This document shows, in pieces, positions 31,585 through 39,833 of a stretch of DNA of 54,913 nt; position 1 is the stretch's first letter, and each line of letters starts with the position of its first letter. The position numbers and the translations under genes were made by a program. The notes under the pieces are model-generated. The model was given only the letters and a program-made list of their open reading frames with translations, searched no databases and was not told where the DNA came from. Origin of the DNA: a virus (lineage: Duplodnaviria; Caudoviricetes); the IMG/VR virus record IMGVR_UViG_3300021425_003774, positions 1 through 54,913 of that record, one strand, 5' to 3'.

Positions 31585-32568
31585 ATGGCAAACGTAGAAG
31601 AAAAATTCGTTGCTGATGATGGAGTCTCAAGTGTACCTGATGCTGTAACACCTGAAGGTGGAGAAGGCAAAAAGGACAAGCTGAAGAAGACAACAACTGA
31701 CGAGCCAAAAGGAGCTGCTGACGCTAAGAAAGTAACACCTGACCAAGGCGATGCAGGCAAGCCTGTACCTACTGCTGAAGAAACTGAGGCTGAAGCTGAA
31801 GTTGAAACAGTAGAAGAAGTAGTTGTAGAATCTTCAATTGAGTCAATCATTGAAGGCGAAGAATTATCAGAAGAATTCAAATCTAAAATATCTTTAGTAT
31901 TTGAAGCCGCATTAAACGAAGAAGTCGCAAAGCAGACTGAAACAATTCGCGAAGAGTTAACAAAATCTTTAGACGAAACATTAGAAGAAACTGTTGCTGA
32001 GAAATTAGAAGCAATTACAGAAAATGTTGATAAGTATTTAGATTACGTTGTCTCTGAATGGATGACTGAAAATGAAATTGCTATCGAATCTGGAATTAAG
32101 GTTGAGATGGCTGAATCATTAATGTCAGGTCTTAAGAACTTATTCGTTGAGCACAACGTATCAGTTGATGAAGAATCAGTTGATGTTGTAGCAAACTTAG
32201 AAACAACAGTTTCTGAATTAGAAGGTAAAGCAAACGATTTAGTAAACGAGAATATCGACTTACAAAAACAAATTGCTACTTTTAAAGCAGAACAAAAATT
32301 TGACGAACTTGCAGAAGGTTTATCTGAGAATCAGGTAGAGCGTTTGAAAGTATTGTCTGAAAAGCTTGATATTGAAGATCTTGATGCATACGCAGAAAAT
32401 CTTCAAGTAATTAAGGAATCATTCTTCAGTGATAAGCCGATTGTTGAAAAACATGACGTCCAGGAAGAGAATGATGAAATTATTCTAGAGGAACAGGAAG
32501 TAACTAAACCAGCTTCTGAGCACACCTCTATTAATGCTCTTGTTGAAGCTTTCAACACTAGAAAATAA
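31585..32568 (+). CDS. gp22: Prohead scaffold protein gp22
   Basis: LSEEFKSK..VFEAA; VDKYLDYVVSEWMTENEIAIESGIK; acidic coiled coil. Confidence 0.93.
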   Translation: MANVEEKFVADDGVSSVPDAVTPEGGEGKKDKLKKTTTDEPKGAADAKKVTPDQGDAGKPVPTAEETEAEAEVETVEEVVVESSIESIIEGEELSEEFKSKISLVFEAALNEEVAKQTETIREELTKSLDETLEETVAEKLEAITENVDKYLDYVVSEWMTENEIAIESGIKVEMAESLMSGLKNLFVEHNVSVDEESVDVVANLETTVSELEGKANDLVNENIDLQKQIATFKAEQKFDELAEGLSENQVERLKVLSEKLDIEDLDAYAENLQVIKESFFSDKPIVEKHDVQEENDEIILEEQEVTKPASEHTSINALVEAFNTRK

Positions 32569-32620
32569 GAATAATTGAATTTGGTTTTTTAAATTAAATT
32601 TAACTTAAAGGAGATCCAAA

Positions 32621-33937
32621 ATGGATAACTATACAAGACTAGTGGAAAAGTGGGAGCCTATCTTAGCGCATGAATCTTTTTCACCAATTACTGATTCTCA
32701 CAGGAAAGCAGTTACAGCTACTATCCTAGAGAATACAGAAAAAGCACTCATGGAATCAGGTGACTTATCTGCTAACATGACTAGCCTTCTTTCAGAGGCA
32801 CCTGCTAACGACGCCGGAACTGGCGGATTTGGCGGTGGAGCTACTGCAGGCGGTCCTGTTGCTGGTTACGACCCTATCCTTATCTCATTAGTGAGACGTG
32901 CTGTACCTAACTTAATCGCATACGACATCTGTGGTGTTCAGCCTATGACAGGTCCTACAGGACTTATCTTCGCAATGCGTTCAAGATACAGCTCACAATC
33001 TGGTGCAGAAGCAATGTACAACGAAGCTGATACAGACTTCGCTGGAGACGGTACACATGCTAACACACTTCCTAATGCTAATACTGCGTTGATTACAACT
33101 GGTACTGGTATGGGTACAACTGAAGCTGAAGCTTTAGGTGATGGTAATGGTACTAACTATGCAGAAATGGCATTCTCAATCGAGAAGGTTACTGTATCTG
33201 CTAAGACTCGTGCCCTAAAGGCTGAGTATACAACTGAGCTTGCTCAGGATCTTAAGGCTGTTCACGGCTTAGACGCTGAAACAGAACTTGCTAACATTCT
33301 TCAAACTGAAATCTTAACAGAGATCAACCGTGAAGTTGTTAGAACAATTTATACTAACGCTGTTGTTGGTGCCGCTGGTACTGCATCTGCTGGTGTATTC
33401 GACCTTGACGTTGATTCTAACGGAAGATGGTCAGTTGAGAAGTTCAAAGGCCTAATGTTCCAAATCGAGCAAGAAGCAAATGCTATTGCTAAAGACACAA
33501 GAAGAGGAAAAGGTAACGTTGTTATTTGTTCTTCTGATGTTGCTTCAGCATTACAAATGGCTGGCGTTCTCGACTATACTCCTGCTCTTAACTCTAACTC
33601 TTTAGAAGTTGATGACACAGGTAATACTTTTGCTGGTGTTCTTAACGGAAGATTCAGAGTATATGTTGATCCTTTCGCAGGCGGAAACTACTTAGTAGTT
33701 GGTTATAAGGGTTCATCTGCATTCGACGCAGGTTTATTCTATTGCCCATACGTACCATTACAAATGGTTCGTGCCGTTGGTGAAAATAGCTTCCAACCAA
33801 AAATTGGTTTCAAAACTCGTTACGGTATGGTTGCTAATCCTTTCGCAGAAGGCGATGCAGGTTCGCAAGGACTTGGTAGACTTCAGCAGGATACCAACAA
33901 GTATTACAGAAAAGTTCGTATTTCTAACTTATTCTAA
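32621..33937 (+). CDS. gp23: Major capsid protein gp23
   Basis: CGVQPMTGPTGLIFAMRSRY; RALKAEYTTELAQDLKAVHGLDAE; FYCPYVPLQM; FQPKIGFKTRYG. Confidence 0.98.
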   Translation: MDNYTRLVEKWEPILAHESFSPITDSHRKAVTATILENTEKALMESGDLSANMTSLLSEAPANDAGTGGFGGGATAGGPVAGYDPILISLVRRAVPNLIAYDICGVQPMTGPTGLIFAMRSRYSSQSGAEAMYNEADTDFAGDGTHANTLPNANTALITTGTGMGTTEAEALGDGNGTNYAEMAFSIEKVTVSAKTRALKAEYTTELAQDLKAVHGLDAETELANILQTEILTEINREVVRTIYTNAVVGAAGTASAGVFDLDVDSNGRWSVEKFKGLMFQIEQEANAIAKDTRRGKGNVVICSSDVASALQMAGVLDYTPALNSNSLEVDDTGNTFAGVLNGRFRVYVDPFAGGNYLVVGYKGSSAFDAGLFYCPYVPLQMVRAVGENSFQPKIGFKTRYGMVANPFAEGDAGSQGLGRLQQDTNKYYRKVRISNLF

Positions 33938-33990
33938 TACTAAGAGTTTAGGTCAACTAAACCACGCAAACGATTCTTCGGAATCATTGA

Positions 33991-34022
33991 GAAGGACTCC
34001 AATCGGGGTCCTTCTTTTTTTT
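33991..34022 (+). terminator. Rho-independent terminator after gp23
   Basis: GAAGGACTCC-AATC-GGGGTCCTTC stem followed by a T8 run. Confidence 0.9.
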
Positions 34023-34323
34023 ACCATACGAAATTAGACCAAGGTTCATAACAACCTTGAACACCAATAGCAGAGTTATCACAACCTCTTGCGTCGTCAA
34101 AGATCTCTAAACCGATTTCATCGAACTCAGAAACATTAAAGGTAACTGGTGAATAAGTTCCATAATGATAGTCAACAGACATAGGCTTAATAACAATACT
34201 ATCTTCGTTAAACTCCTTGATGTAACCAACAATTCTTTTACCTTCAAATTTATATTGGCACTGTTCAATTCCATTTGGATCCATACCAAGTGCAACCCAA
34301 TTAGCAAATAAAGTCTTTTTCAT
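34021..34323 (-). CDS. Hypothetical protein
   Basis: 100-aa ORF coupled (TAATG) to an upstream 40-aa ORF. Confidence 0.65.
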   Translation of the reverse strand: MKKTLFANWVALGMDPNGIEQCQYKFEGKRIVGYIKEFNEDSIVIKPMSVDYHYGTYSPVTFNVSEFDEIGLEIFDDARGCDNSAIGVQGCYEPWSNFVW

Positions 34324-34445
34324 TAACCTGCCCTCATTTCAAACTGTTCATCAATAAAGTGTTCCAACTGTTCTCCTTCGAGACCAAGAGCTTCACCTTC
34401 TTCTTTCAATTGTTCTAAAACAATTTCATTCCATTCACAACTCAT
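34323..34445 (-). CDS. Small acidic hypothetical protein (40 aa, MSCEWNEIVLEQLKEEG...)
   Basis: Read by hand; AAGGAG RBS and promoter directly upstream. Confidence 0.6.
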   Translation of the reverse strand: MSCEWNEIVLEQLKEEGEALGLEGEQLEHFIDEQFEMRAG

Positions 34446-34475
34446 AATTAACTCCTTTTCCTTTAATATACAACA

Positions 34476-34504
34476 ATTATACTCTATATGAGAGCAATTG
34501 TCAA
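34476..34504 (-). promoter_or_regulatory. Early sigma70-type promoter
   Basis: TTGACA-17 nt-TATAAT on the minus strand. Confidence 0.85.
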
Positions 34505-34527
34505 TAGTTTTATGAGAAAAAGTTTAA

Positions 34528-34746
34528 TTATTTTTTAGAGAAATAAGATCGAATCAGAAAGATTCTAGTGTATGCCACTATAGTCATAACTAAAGTGACC
34601 AGAGTGCCCAACATGACAGGGTCAGTAATACCAAACCGTTCTATATAGATATACAACAAAAAGAGGTTTAGAGGGTAATTTATGGCTAGGCCGGTTGCGA
34701 TTTGAAATGAAGTTTCTTTATGAATTCTTTTTGTTTCTGGTTTCAT
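34528..34746 (-). CDS. Small two-TM membrane protein
   Basis: Two hydrophobic segments; ATGA overlap with the hemC stop. Confidence 0.65.
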   Translation of the reverse strand: MKPETKRIHKETSFQIATGLAINYPLNLFLLYIYIERFGITDPVMLGTLVTLVMTIVAYTRIFLIRSYFSKK

Positions 34747-35585
34747 TTTATGTTTGTGCCGAGTTCACGACCAATAGTAATGTATTCTTCAATAGGTCCA
34801 TGATTAAGACTTAATTGCTGAGTTTCAAAATTCTTTGCTATCATGTGTATTGTCTTATTATCTATATATGAAAGTACACCAATAGGAGTATGACAATCTC
34901 CATCTATTTCTCTTAACATTGCCTTCTCTGCCATTGCACAAAACCAAGTATCAATATGATTCTTTGACCAAAGCTTTGCGAAAATTGCTTCATCACGCTC
35001 ATCGTTTAGCTTACGTGTTTGTAAAGCAATAACTCCTTGATTAGGAGCAGGTATCATATCTGCTGTTCCAAATATTCTACTTGCTTTTATAGTAAGTCCT
35101 AAAGCATCAAGACCTGCCTTTGCTAAAACAATTGCATCATATTCTCCATTTTCTTGTTTCGCAATACGAGTATCTATATTACCACGAATAGGAACAATCT
35201 CTGCACCTGGATAAAGATCCATTAATTGATACATTCTTCTTGGACTGCTTGTACCTATTGTTCTTGGATTAACTGCATTACCTATTAAACAATCTCTAAA
35301 GTCAGCTCTTGGTAATACACAAGGAATATCTAACAAGTGATCGTTATCTCTTGTCATGTCTTTCATTGCATGGCATGCAATATCAATATGATGTTCTATT
35401 AATGCGGCTTCTATTTCTTTTGTGAATACACCCTTTCCACCCATTTCTTGGATTGGTGTCTTTGGGTTAAGATCTGCTGTGGAATCTATAAGGACTTGTG
35501 TTGTGTCAAACTCTAAATGTTTTTGAGCTGCTTTAGTATAGGCAAGAGCAAGCTTTGATTTTCGAGTTCCAATTAATGGTATCAT
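34743..35585 (-). CDS. hemC: Porphobilinogen deaminase (hydroxymethylbilane synthase)
   Basis: GTRKSKLAL, GGKGVFTKEIE, HAMKD, GTSSPRR, IRGNIDTR, YDAIVLA.AGL, PAPNQG, cofactor Cys in GDCHTPIG. Confidence 0.93.
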   Translation of the reverse strand: MIPLIGTRKSKLALAYTKAAQKHLEFDTTQVLIDSTADLNPKTPIQEMGGKGVFTKEIEAALIEHHIDIACHAMKDMTRDNDHLLDIPCVLPRADFRDCLIGNAVNPRTIGTSSPRRMYQLMDLYPGAEIVPIRGNIDTRIAKQENGEYDAIVLAKAGLDALGLTIKASRIFGTADMIPAPNQGVIALQTRKLNDERDEAIFAKLWSKNHIDTWFCAMAEKAMLREIDGDCHTPIGVLSYIDNKTIHMIAKNFETQQLSLNHGPIEEYITIGRELGTNIK

Positions 35586-35600
35586 ATTTTGTCCTTATCT

Positions 35601-35675
35601 TGGTAGCCCGTAGGAGAATCGAACTCCTGTTGCATGGATGAAAACCATGTGTCCTAACCACTAGACGAACGGGCC
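35601..35675 (-). tRNA. tRNA-Glu(TTC)
   Basis: GGCCCGTTCGTCTAGTGGTTAGGAC...CATGG-TTTTCAT-CCATG...GGAGTTCGATTCTCC...ACCA; CCA is encoded. Confidence 0.95.
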
Positions 35676-35679
35676 GAAT

Positions 35680-35733
35680 AAAAAAACGGCGGATCTTCCA
35701 TATACGCCTATCAAAGGTATGTCAAGATCCGCC
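35680..35733 (-). terminator. Terminator-like hairpin closing the putative ncRNA
   Basis: GGCGGATCTT...AAGATCCGCC 10-bp stem followed by GTTTTTTT on the minus strand. Confidence 0.7.
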
Positions 35734-36343
35734 TAGGTATTGAACTTCAGTGTCACAATCGTCATTTGGTCTTACTGCCTTTCTAAAGGACCTGATGACT
35801 AATCAGGGATTTCAAACTACCTTAGTGATTGGAAATATTGTGTTAACGCAATTCGTTAAATAATGTGGAATTGTTAATCGTAATATTCCAATCGAAAAAA
35901 CTTAAAAATTCGTGGGTACGTCTCTCGGACTTATCTGTTACTTGTTAACTCCAGTCTCGGAGGTAGCAAACTACCTCTATACCTAAAGGAGAAAGATCCT
36001 AGACTGCCGTCTTGTGTTGGTTTGGGTGCAAACCTAAACCCTATCTCTTTCACAGTGCGCGGTTCGTAACCGACTTCAGTATCGAGCGTTTCTTCATACA
36101 CGGAGACGCTTTGATACCCACTCTATTGATTTCGTTCTGACCCGTATAATTACATGTATTCCTACATCGGCCCTCTCATTACTCTGTGAATATATCTGTT
36201 ACGATGGGATATATTCAACAGCTTCAGCTGCCGGTCGGGTTGTCCACCTATATATTAGAGCCTTCCGATTGATAAGATCTTCTATTCGACTCAGGTTCTC
36301 TACTCACCGATTGTCTCTGTCGGTGGGGTGTTTCCCTCAATAT
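35680..36343 (-). ncRNA. Putative large structured non-coding RNA (~660 nt, ROOL/GOLLD-like class)
   Basis: No ORF >=60 aa in any frame; at least 8 hairpins; consensus promoter at the 5' end; GC stem plus U-run at the 3' end; adjacent to a tRNA. Confidence 0.7.
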
Positions 36344-36349
36344 ACGATT

Positions 36350-36378
36350 ATTATACTATAGTTCTTTATGAATGTCAA
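36350..36378 (-). promoter_or_regulatory. Early sigma70-type promoter driving the ncRNA
   Basis: TTGACA-TTCATAAAGAACTATAG-TATAAT; no RBS or ORF follows. Confidence 0.88.
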
Positions 36379-36397
36379 TAGTTTTTGTGAAAAAAGT

Positions 36398-36589
36398 TTA
36401 ATTATTTGATAATATGAAATCTGCTACGTCAGAATCCTCGGTAGCTTCAACAATACAAGGAATTCCTCTTGCATCCATTTTATCAACAAAATCTCTTGCA
36501 TGCTTATATCTCATCTCACCTTGGTCAATTTTTTCCATTGTGGATGGATTAATAATAGAGACATTAAATAATGTAAAATCGGTAATCAT
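36398..36589 (-). CDS. Hypothetical protein
   Basis: Last of a chain of coupled small ORFs. Confidence 0.55.
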   Translation of the reverse strand: MITDFTLFNVSIINPSTMEKIDQGEMRYKHARDFVDKMDARGIPCIVEATEDSDVADFILSNN

Positions 36590-36774
36590 ACTTCAGCAAT
36601 ACTCGACTTATGAATTACAGTTGATTCCAACCTACCATACTTATCGTATGTATACACAGTTTGTTGCTGATGATCTCCATGCACTTGAGTTGTTACTTTT
36701 ACAACTCGCGTATCATACTCAACTTTATTGAAATAATTGGTTGGCCACATTGGGCTGATAGGAGTAACTTCCAT
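36586..36774 (-). CDS. Hypothetical protein
   Basis: Coupled small ORF with GAGGA RBS. Confidence 0.55.
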   Translation of the reverse strand: MEVTPISPMWPTNYFNKVEYDTRVVKVTTQVHGDHQQQTVYTYDKYGRLESTVIHKSSIAEV

Positions 36775-36993
36775 TTATAGATCCTCTTCCAAATCGTCAT
36801 ACCTGACTAATTCTATTTCGTTGTTTTCATCTCTTCGAGTTCTAATATACTTCATATCAATTAAAGTATCAATAGTTTCTTGAGTGATTCTTTTTGTTTC
36901 TTTATACGATGTCATGGGAGCAAAAGAATAACCTACAGCAGTAAATATGGCTGCAGTAACCCAATACATCCAAACATCCATACTAATCTCCAT
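36775..36993 (-). CDS. Hypothetical protein with N-terminal TM helix
   Basis: WMYWVTAAIFTAVGYSF hydrophobic segment. Confidence 0.6.
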   Translation of the reverse strand: MEISMDVWMYWVTAAIFTAVGYSFAPMTSYKETKRITQETIDTLIDMKYIRTRRDENNEIELVRYDDLEEDL

Positions 36994-37210
36994 GGCGTGC
37001 TAACACCGCGTCGATGATTCTTTCCTGCGGAGAAGCATTCATATCAACTCTTTCAGCAGGTTCATCGGTTGCTATGAAGCCATATTCGATTGACATCTCA
37101 TATAGCTGATCTTCGGACATAGTTCTTAAACAAGCGCGCAGCAAATCATCTTTACTGATGACTCGTCTGTTAGCGTCTTCGAACAATTGGTTCGACAAAT
37201 TCTTTCCCAT
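36983..37210 (-). CDS. Hypothetical protein
   Basis: AGGAG RBS; 75 aa. Confidence 0.6.
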   Translation of the reverse strand: MGKNLSNQLFEDANRRVISKDDLLRACLRTMSEDQLYEMSIEYGFIATDEPAERVDMNASPQERIIDAVLARHGD

Positions 37211-37241
37211 ATTACACTCCTATTAATACCATAATTATAAT

Positions 37242-37805
37242 TTAAGCAACTTCAGTTGCATTCCACCATTCAGGAATGTCACGTTTGGACCATGTCATAC
37301 TAAAACGCTTTTGCTTTGTATGATAAAATGCGCGGTATGATTCTACCGCATCTTCAGATATGCATTCTGGATTTGATGCCATCGCAAGTCTGAATGGTGT
37401 TCTTTTATTTGACCTATGGATATTCACAGGAGGTGCCTTTAAGGCCTGTCTTAGTTTTCTATCGGTTGCATGTATCTTTCCATACCTATGCGTGTATTCA
37501 TCACACAATGCAACAAAATGTTTATAGTGCCAATTATAGTTGGCTGAATTTTCTCTTGTCCAAATAGTACATGGATGATTGAAATGACATGCTTTATACA
37601 ATGTCCTTTCTCTTTCTTTGTCTTCAAGATAAAAGTATTGTAGCATAGAACCACTCTTTGATGGTCTACGCTCCATTATGCCGTCAATCATACGATGAGT
37701 TGTTGAAAGCATTTGTGCAGATTCAATAACCATCTTAACAACATGTTTATCACATTGCTGTTGAGCAGCTTTAATTGGGTCGTCGTCTAAAATAAAAAGA
37801 TTCAT
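37242..37805 (-). CDS. Pyrimidine-dimer DNA glycosylase family protein (DenV-like)
   Basis: MNLFILD.DP..AA...CDKHVVKM..ESAQMLST.H; H.NHPCTIW.R; EYT.RYGK.H. Confidence 0.8.
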   Translation of the reverse strand: MNLFILDDDPIKAAQQQCDKHVVKMVIESAQMLSTTHRMIDGIMERRPSKSGSMLQYFYLEDKERERTLYKACHFNHPCTIWTRENSANYNWHYKHFVALCDEYTHRYGKIHATDRKLRQALKAPPVNIHRSNKRTPFRLAMASNPECISEDAVESYRAFYHTKQKRFSMTWSKRDIPEWWNATEVA

Positions 37806-37812
37806 AATGTCT

Positions 37813-37841
37813 ATTATATCAAAAGTTTAATTAAATGTCAA
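37813..37841 (-). promoter_or_regulatory. Early sigma70-type promoter (likely leaderless transcript)
   Basis: TTGACA-17-TATAAT, 7 nt before the ATG. Confidence 0.8.
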
Positions 37842-37844
37842 TAG

Positions 37845-38063
37845 TTAACCTTCGTATTCAATTCCTAAGTGTTCGCCTTCATTAAAATGATAGCCCATTG
37901 ATTTCATAAAATTTTCTAATACTCCAATCATCTCATCTTTGCTCAAATCTTTTTCCATTACGTCAATGGTGATTCGTGTATTAGTTGAACTTGCATCTTC
38001 GTATGGATGGCATATCAATTGAATATATGGTTTTTCTTCAGCAGGTTTATGATTCCAAGTCAT
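37845..38063 (-). CDS. Hypothetical protein
   Basis: 72-aa ORF with AAAGGTG RBS, downstream of tRNA-Leu. Confidence 0.6.
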   Translation of the reverse strand: MTWNHKPAEEKPYIQLICHPYEDASSTNTRITIDVMEKDLSKDEMIGVLENFMKSMGYHFNEGEHLGIEYEG

Positions 38064-38089
38064 TCACCTTTCCTCTTGTTATTAGTAAG

Positions 38090-38176
38090 TGGTACCGCGA
38101 GTCGGACTTGAACCGACAAGGCCGTTAAGCCGAGGGATTTTAAGTCCCTTGTGTTTACCAATTTCACCACCGCGGC
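38090..38176 (-). tRNA. tRNA-Leu(TAA)
   Basis: GCCGCGGTGGTGAAATTGGTAAACAC-AGGGA-CTTAAAA-TCCCT, long variable arm, GTCGGTTCAAGTCCGAC...ACCA. Confidence 0.95.
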
Positions 38177-38232
38177 CTCGCATAGTGAAAAGCCCAGGGG
38201 ATCCTGAGCTTCTCGGTTTTGGTCAGAACGAC

Positions 38233-38511
38233 CTATGAAGCCTTAAGCATGGTGGCAGGAACTCTCCATACACCATCGGCAGTAGAAACCTTAACGTTTT
38301 TCTGCATTACTTTCTCAACAACTCCTGAGATCTTTTGACCTGATCTTGAATTGATGAAGAAGACAGAATCTCCTTTAGCAAAGTTGCCTGTAGCCATTTG
38401 AGCAACGTTGGTTTGATGTTGCTTAAACATTGTAGCAACTTGTTTAAAATCAGAACCTTCCATTTTAGCAAACAGAGAGTTGATTTCGAGCATTTCTTTT
38501 TTAGTTAACAT
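38233..38511 (-). CDS. Hypothetical protein with SH3/KOW-like C-terminus
   Basis: FAKGDSVFF..GVVEKVMQKNVKV..WRVP. Confidence 0.65.
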   Translation of the reverse strand: MLTKKEMLEINSLFAKMEGSDFKQVATMFKQHQTNVAQMATGNFAKGDSVFFINSRSGQKISGVVEKVMQKNVKVSTADGVWRVPATMLKAS

Positions 38512-38541
38512 ATTTTCACCTTTTCCTTAATTTATATAGAT

Positions 38542-38570
38542 ATTATACTATAGTTCTTTATGAATGTCAA
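38542..38570 (-). promoter_or_regulatory. Early sigma70-type promoter (38-bp identical copy of 36349..36386)
   Basis: TTGACA-17-TATAAT. Confidence 0.88.
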
Positions 38571-38579
38571 TAGTTTTTT

Positions 38580-38768
38580 TCAATTATTTTCAGCTAATTC
38601 TTGCTGAGCGTAACGAATTTCAGCAAGGTCAACTTTAAGTTCAGATAGCATAGCCATTGTTTCAGGACCAAAGTAATCCTTACCCAATTGACTGTTAATT
38701 GATAGGATAGCGGTTTCAGCGTTCTGAATTGCACTAACCTTTTTATCGATGTTCTTAACTACTTCCAT
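38580..38768 (-). CDS. Hypothetical protein
   Basis: AGGAG RBS; 62 aa. Confidence 0.6.
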   Translation of the reverse strand: MEVVKNIDKKVSAIQNAETAILSINSQLGKDYFGPETMAMLSELKVDLAEIRYAQQELAENN

Positions 38769-38771
38769 GAT

Positions 38772-38963
38772 TTATACTCCTGAAGCAACGAAAGCGTGAG
38801 CAGCTTTGGACTGCGGAACCAACATAAAGATTTCGTCAAATCCGTAAAGAACATAACCGTCCAACGGATCAGTACCTTTTTCGTATTCAACCAAGTCAAA
38901 CCCAGCAGGTCGAGAACCGCGAAAGGTTTGGATATCTTCAATAAGAATAGTTTCTAACGACAT
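38772..38963 (-). CDS. Hypothetical protein
   Basis: Start moved to MSLETIL at 38963, after the AAGGA RBS and the promoter. Confidence 0.6.
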   Translation of the reverse strand: MSLETILIEDIQTFRGSRPAGFDLVEYEKGTDPLDGYVLYGFDEIFMLVPQSKAAHAFVASGV

Positions 38964-38993
38964 GATTAATTCCTTTTTCCATTTGATGTATCT

Positions 38994-39022
38994 ATTATGG
39001 ACTATTTCGCTCATAATGTCAA
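38994..39022 (-). promoter_or_regulatory. Early sigma70-type promoter
   Basis: TTGACA-17-CATAAT. Confidence 0.75.
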
Positions 39023-39217
39023 CAACTTTTTTCAGTTTTTTTAGTTATTTTTAGAACTTTTTGTTATATCATTTATGATTGTTATTCAGTCAAAAATGTC
39101 CTCTAGTAATCATAAATGATCGTAGTATTATTGTACTACTACTTCAAACAAGACCTCTAGAAGGAGAATGGAGGCTTCTTGATTCGTATTAATAGTGACT
39201 AACGGCTACTTACAATG

Positions 39218-39225
39218 TATAAATA
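39218..39225 (+). promoter_or_regulatory. T4-type late promoter TATAAATA heading the curli island
   Basis: Exact consensus 37 nt before the first + strand ORF, in a divergent intergenic region. Confidence 0.75.
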
Positions 39226-39262
39226 ACATTGAGGGTTTTTACCTTCCGATTACAGGATACTT

Positions 39263-39559
39263 ATGGAAGAAATATTTCAGCTTATATCAGACGTAGGTTT
39301 ACCTATTGCTGGTGCCCTTACGATGGGATTCTTCATATTCATTATTATTAAACAAATCTTTGAAGGAATCATAGACAGCATCGGCACCTTAACAATGTTC
39401 GCAGAAACATTGGAGAATAGAGCAACCACAATGTCAAATGAGATGATCAAGATTGATCTTCTTGTGAGTAGTGCATTAGGATTAAATCCTGACATCGAAA
39501 GAGTAGCCCGAGCAGAAAATTTTATAGAAGATGGCAAAGTAGACGTAAGAAGAGATTAA
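39263..39559 (+). CDS. Small membrane protein (YvrJ/holin-like N-terminus)
   Basis: LISDVGLPIA plus TM helix plus coiled coil. Confidence 0.6.
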   Translation: MEEIFQLISDVGLPIAGALTMGFFIFIIIKQIFEGIIDSIGTLTMFAETLENRATTMSNEMIKIDLLVSSALGLNPDIERVARAENFIEDGKVDVRRD

Positions 39560-39563
39560 TATA

Positions 39564-39833
39564 ATGGATGTAGCGAGTTTAGTCAGTGAGTATGGCTTTC
39601 CTGCCGTTATGGTAGTAGGTCTTGGGTATTTTGTATATTTTGTGTGGAATTTCGTTAACACAAAATTACAGCCTGAGATTGATAAGCAACACATGGCTTT
39701 AATCAAATTGATAGATAGAATGAGAATGTTAGATCAAGACTTAATACGATTACAACAGAAAGTTGATGTTGTACTGAAATATCGAGAAATTGAAGAATTG
39801 AAGAAAAAAGGTGAAAAGACTAATGAAGATTAA
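39564..39833 (+). CDS. Small membrane protein (YvrJ/holin-like N-terminus), paralogue
   Basis: LVSEYGFPAV plus TM helix plus coiled coil. Confidence 0.6.
   Translation: MDVASLVSEYGFPAVMVVGLGYFVYFVWNFVNTKLQPEIDKQHMALIKLIDRMRMLDQDLIRLQQKVDVVLKYREIEELKKKGEKTNED

Noticed and set aside
71-33000. Antisense and alternate-frame ORFs (e.g. 860..1264, 29863..30378, 31305..31880)
   Set aside because: They are shadows of well-supported genes, with no RBS or recognisable motifs.
23907-33937. Introns, inteins, homing endonucleases or stop-codon recoding in core genes
   Set aside because: gp17-gp23 are uninterrupted and of expected size under the standard code; neither tRNA is a suppressor.
35700-35725. 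Separate tRNA-Glu promoter inside the terminal hairpin (TTGACA on minus strand)
   Set aside because: No good -10 at 17-nt spacing (TATATG lies at 15 nt); too weak to call.
35680-36343. tmRNA, RNase P RNA or self-splicing intron
   Set aside because: No tRNA-like ends or tag ORF, no RNase P P4 signature recognised, and it does not interrupt a gene. Rejected by eye only; a covariance-model scan is still needed.
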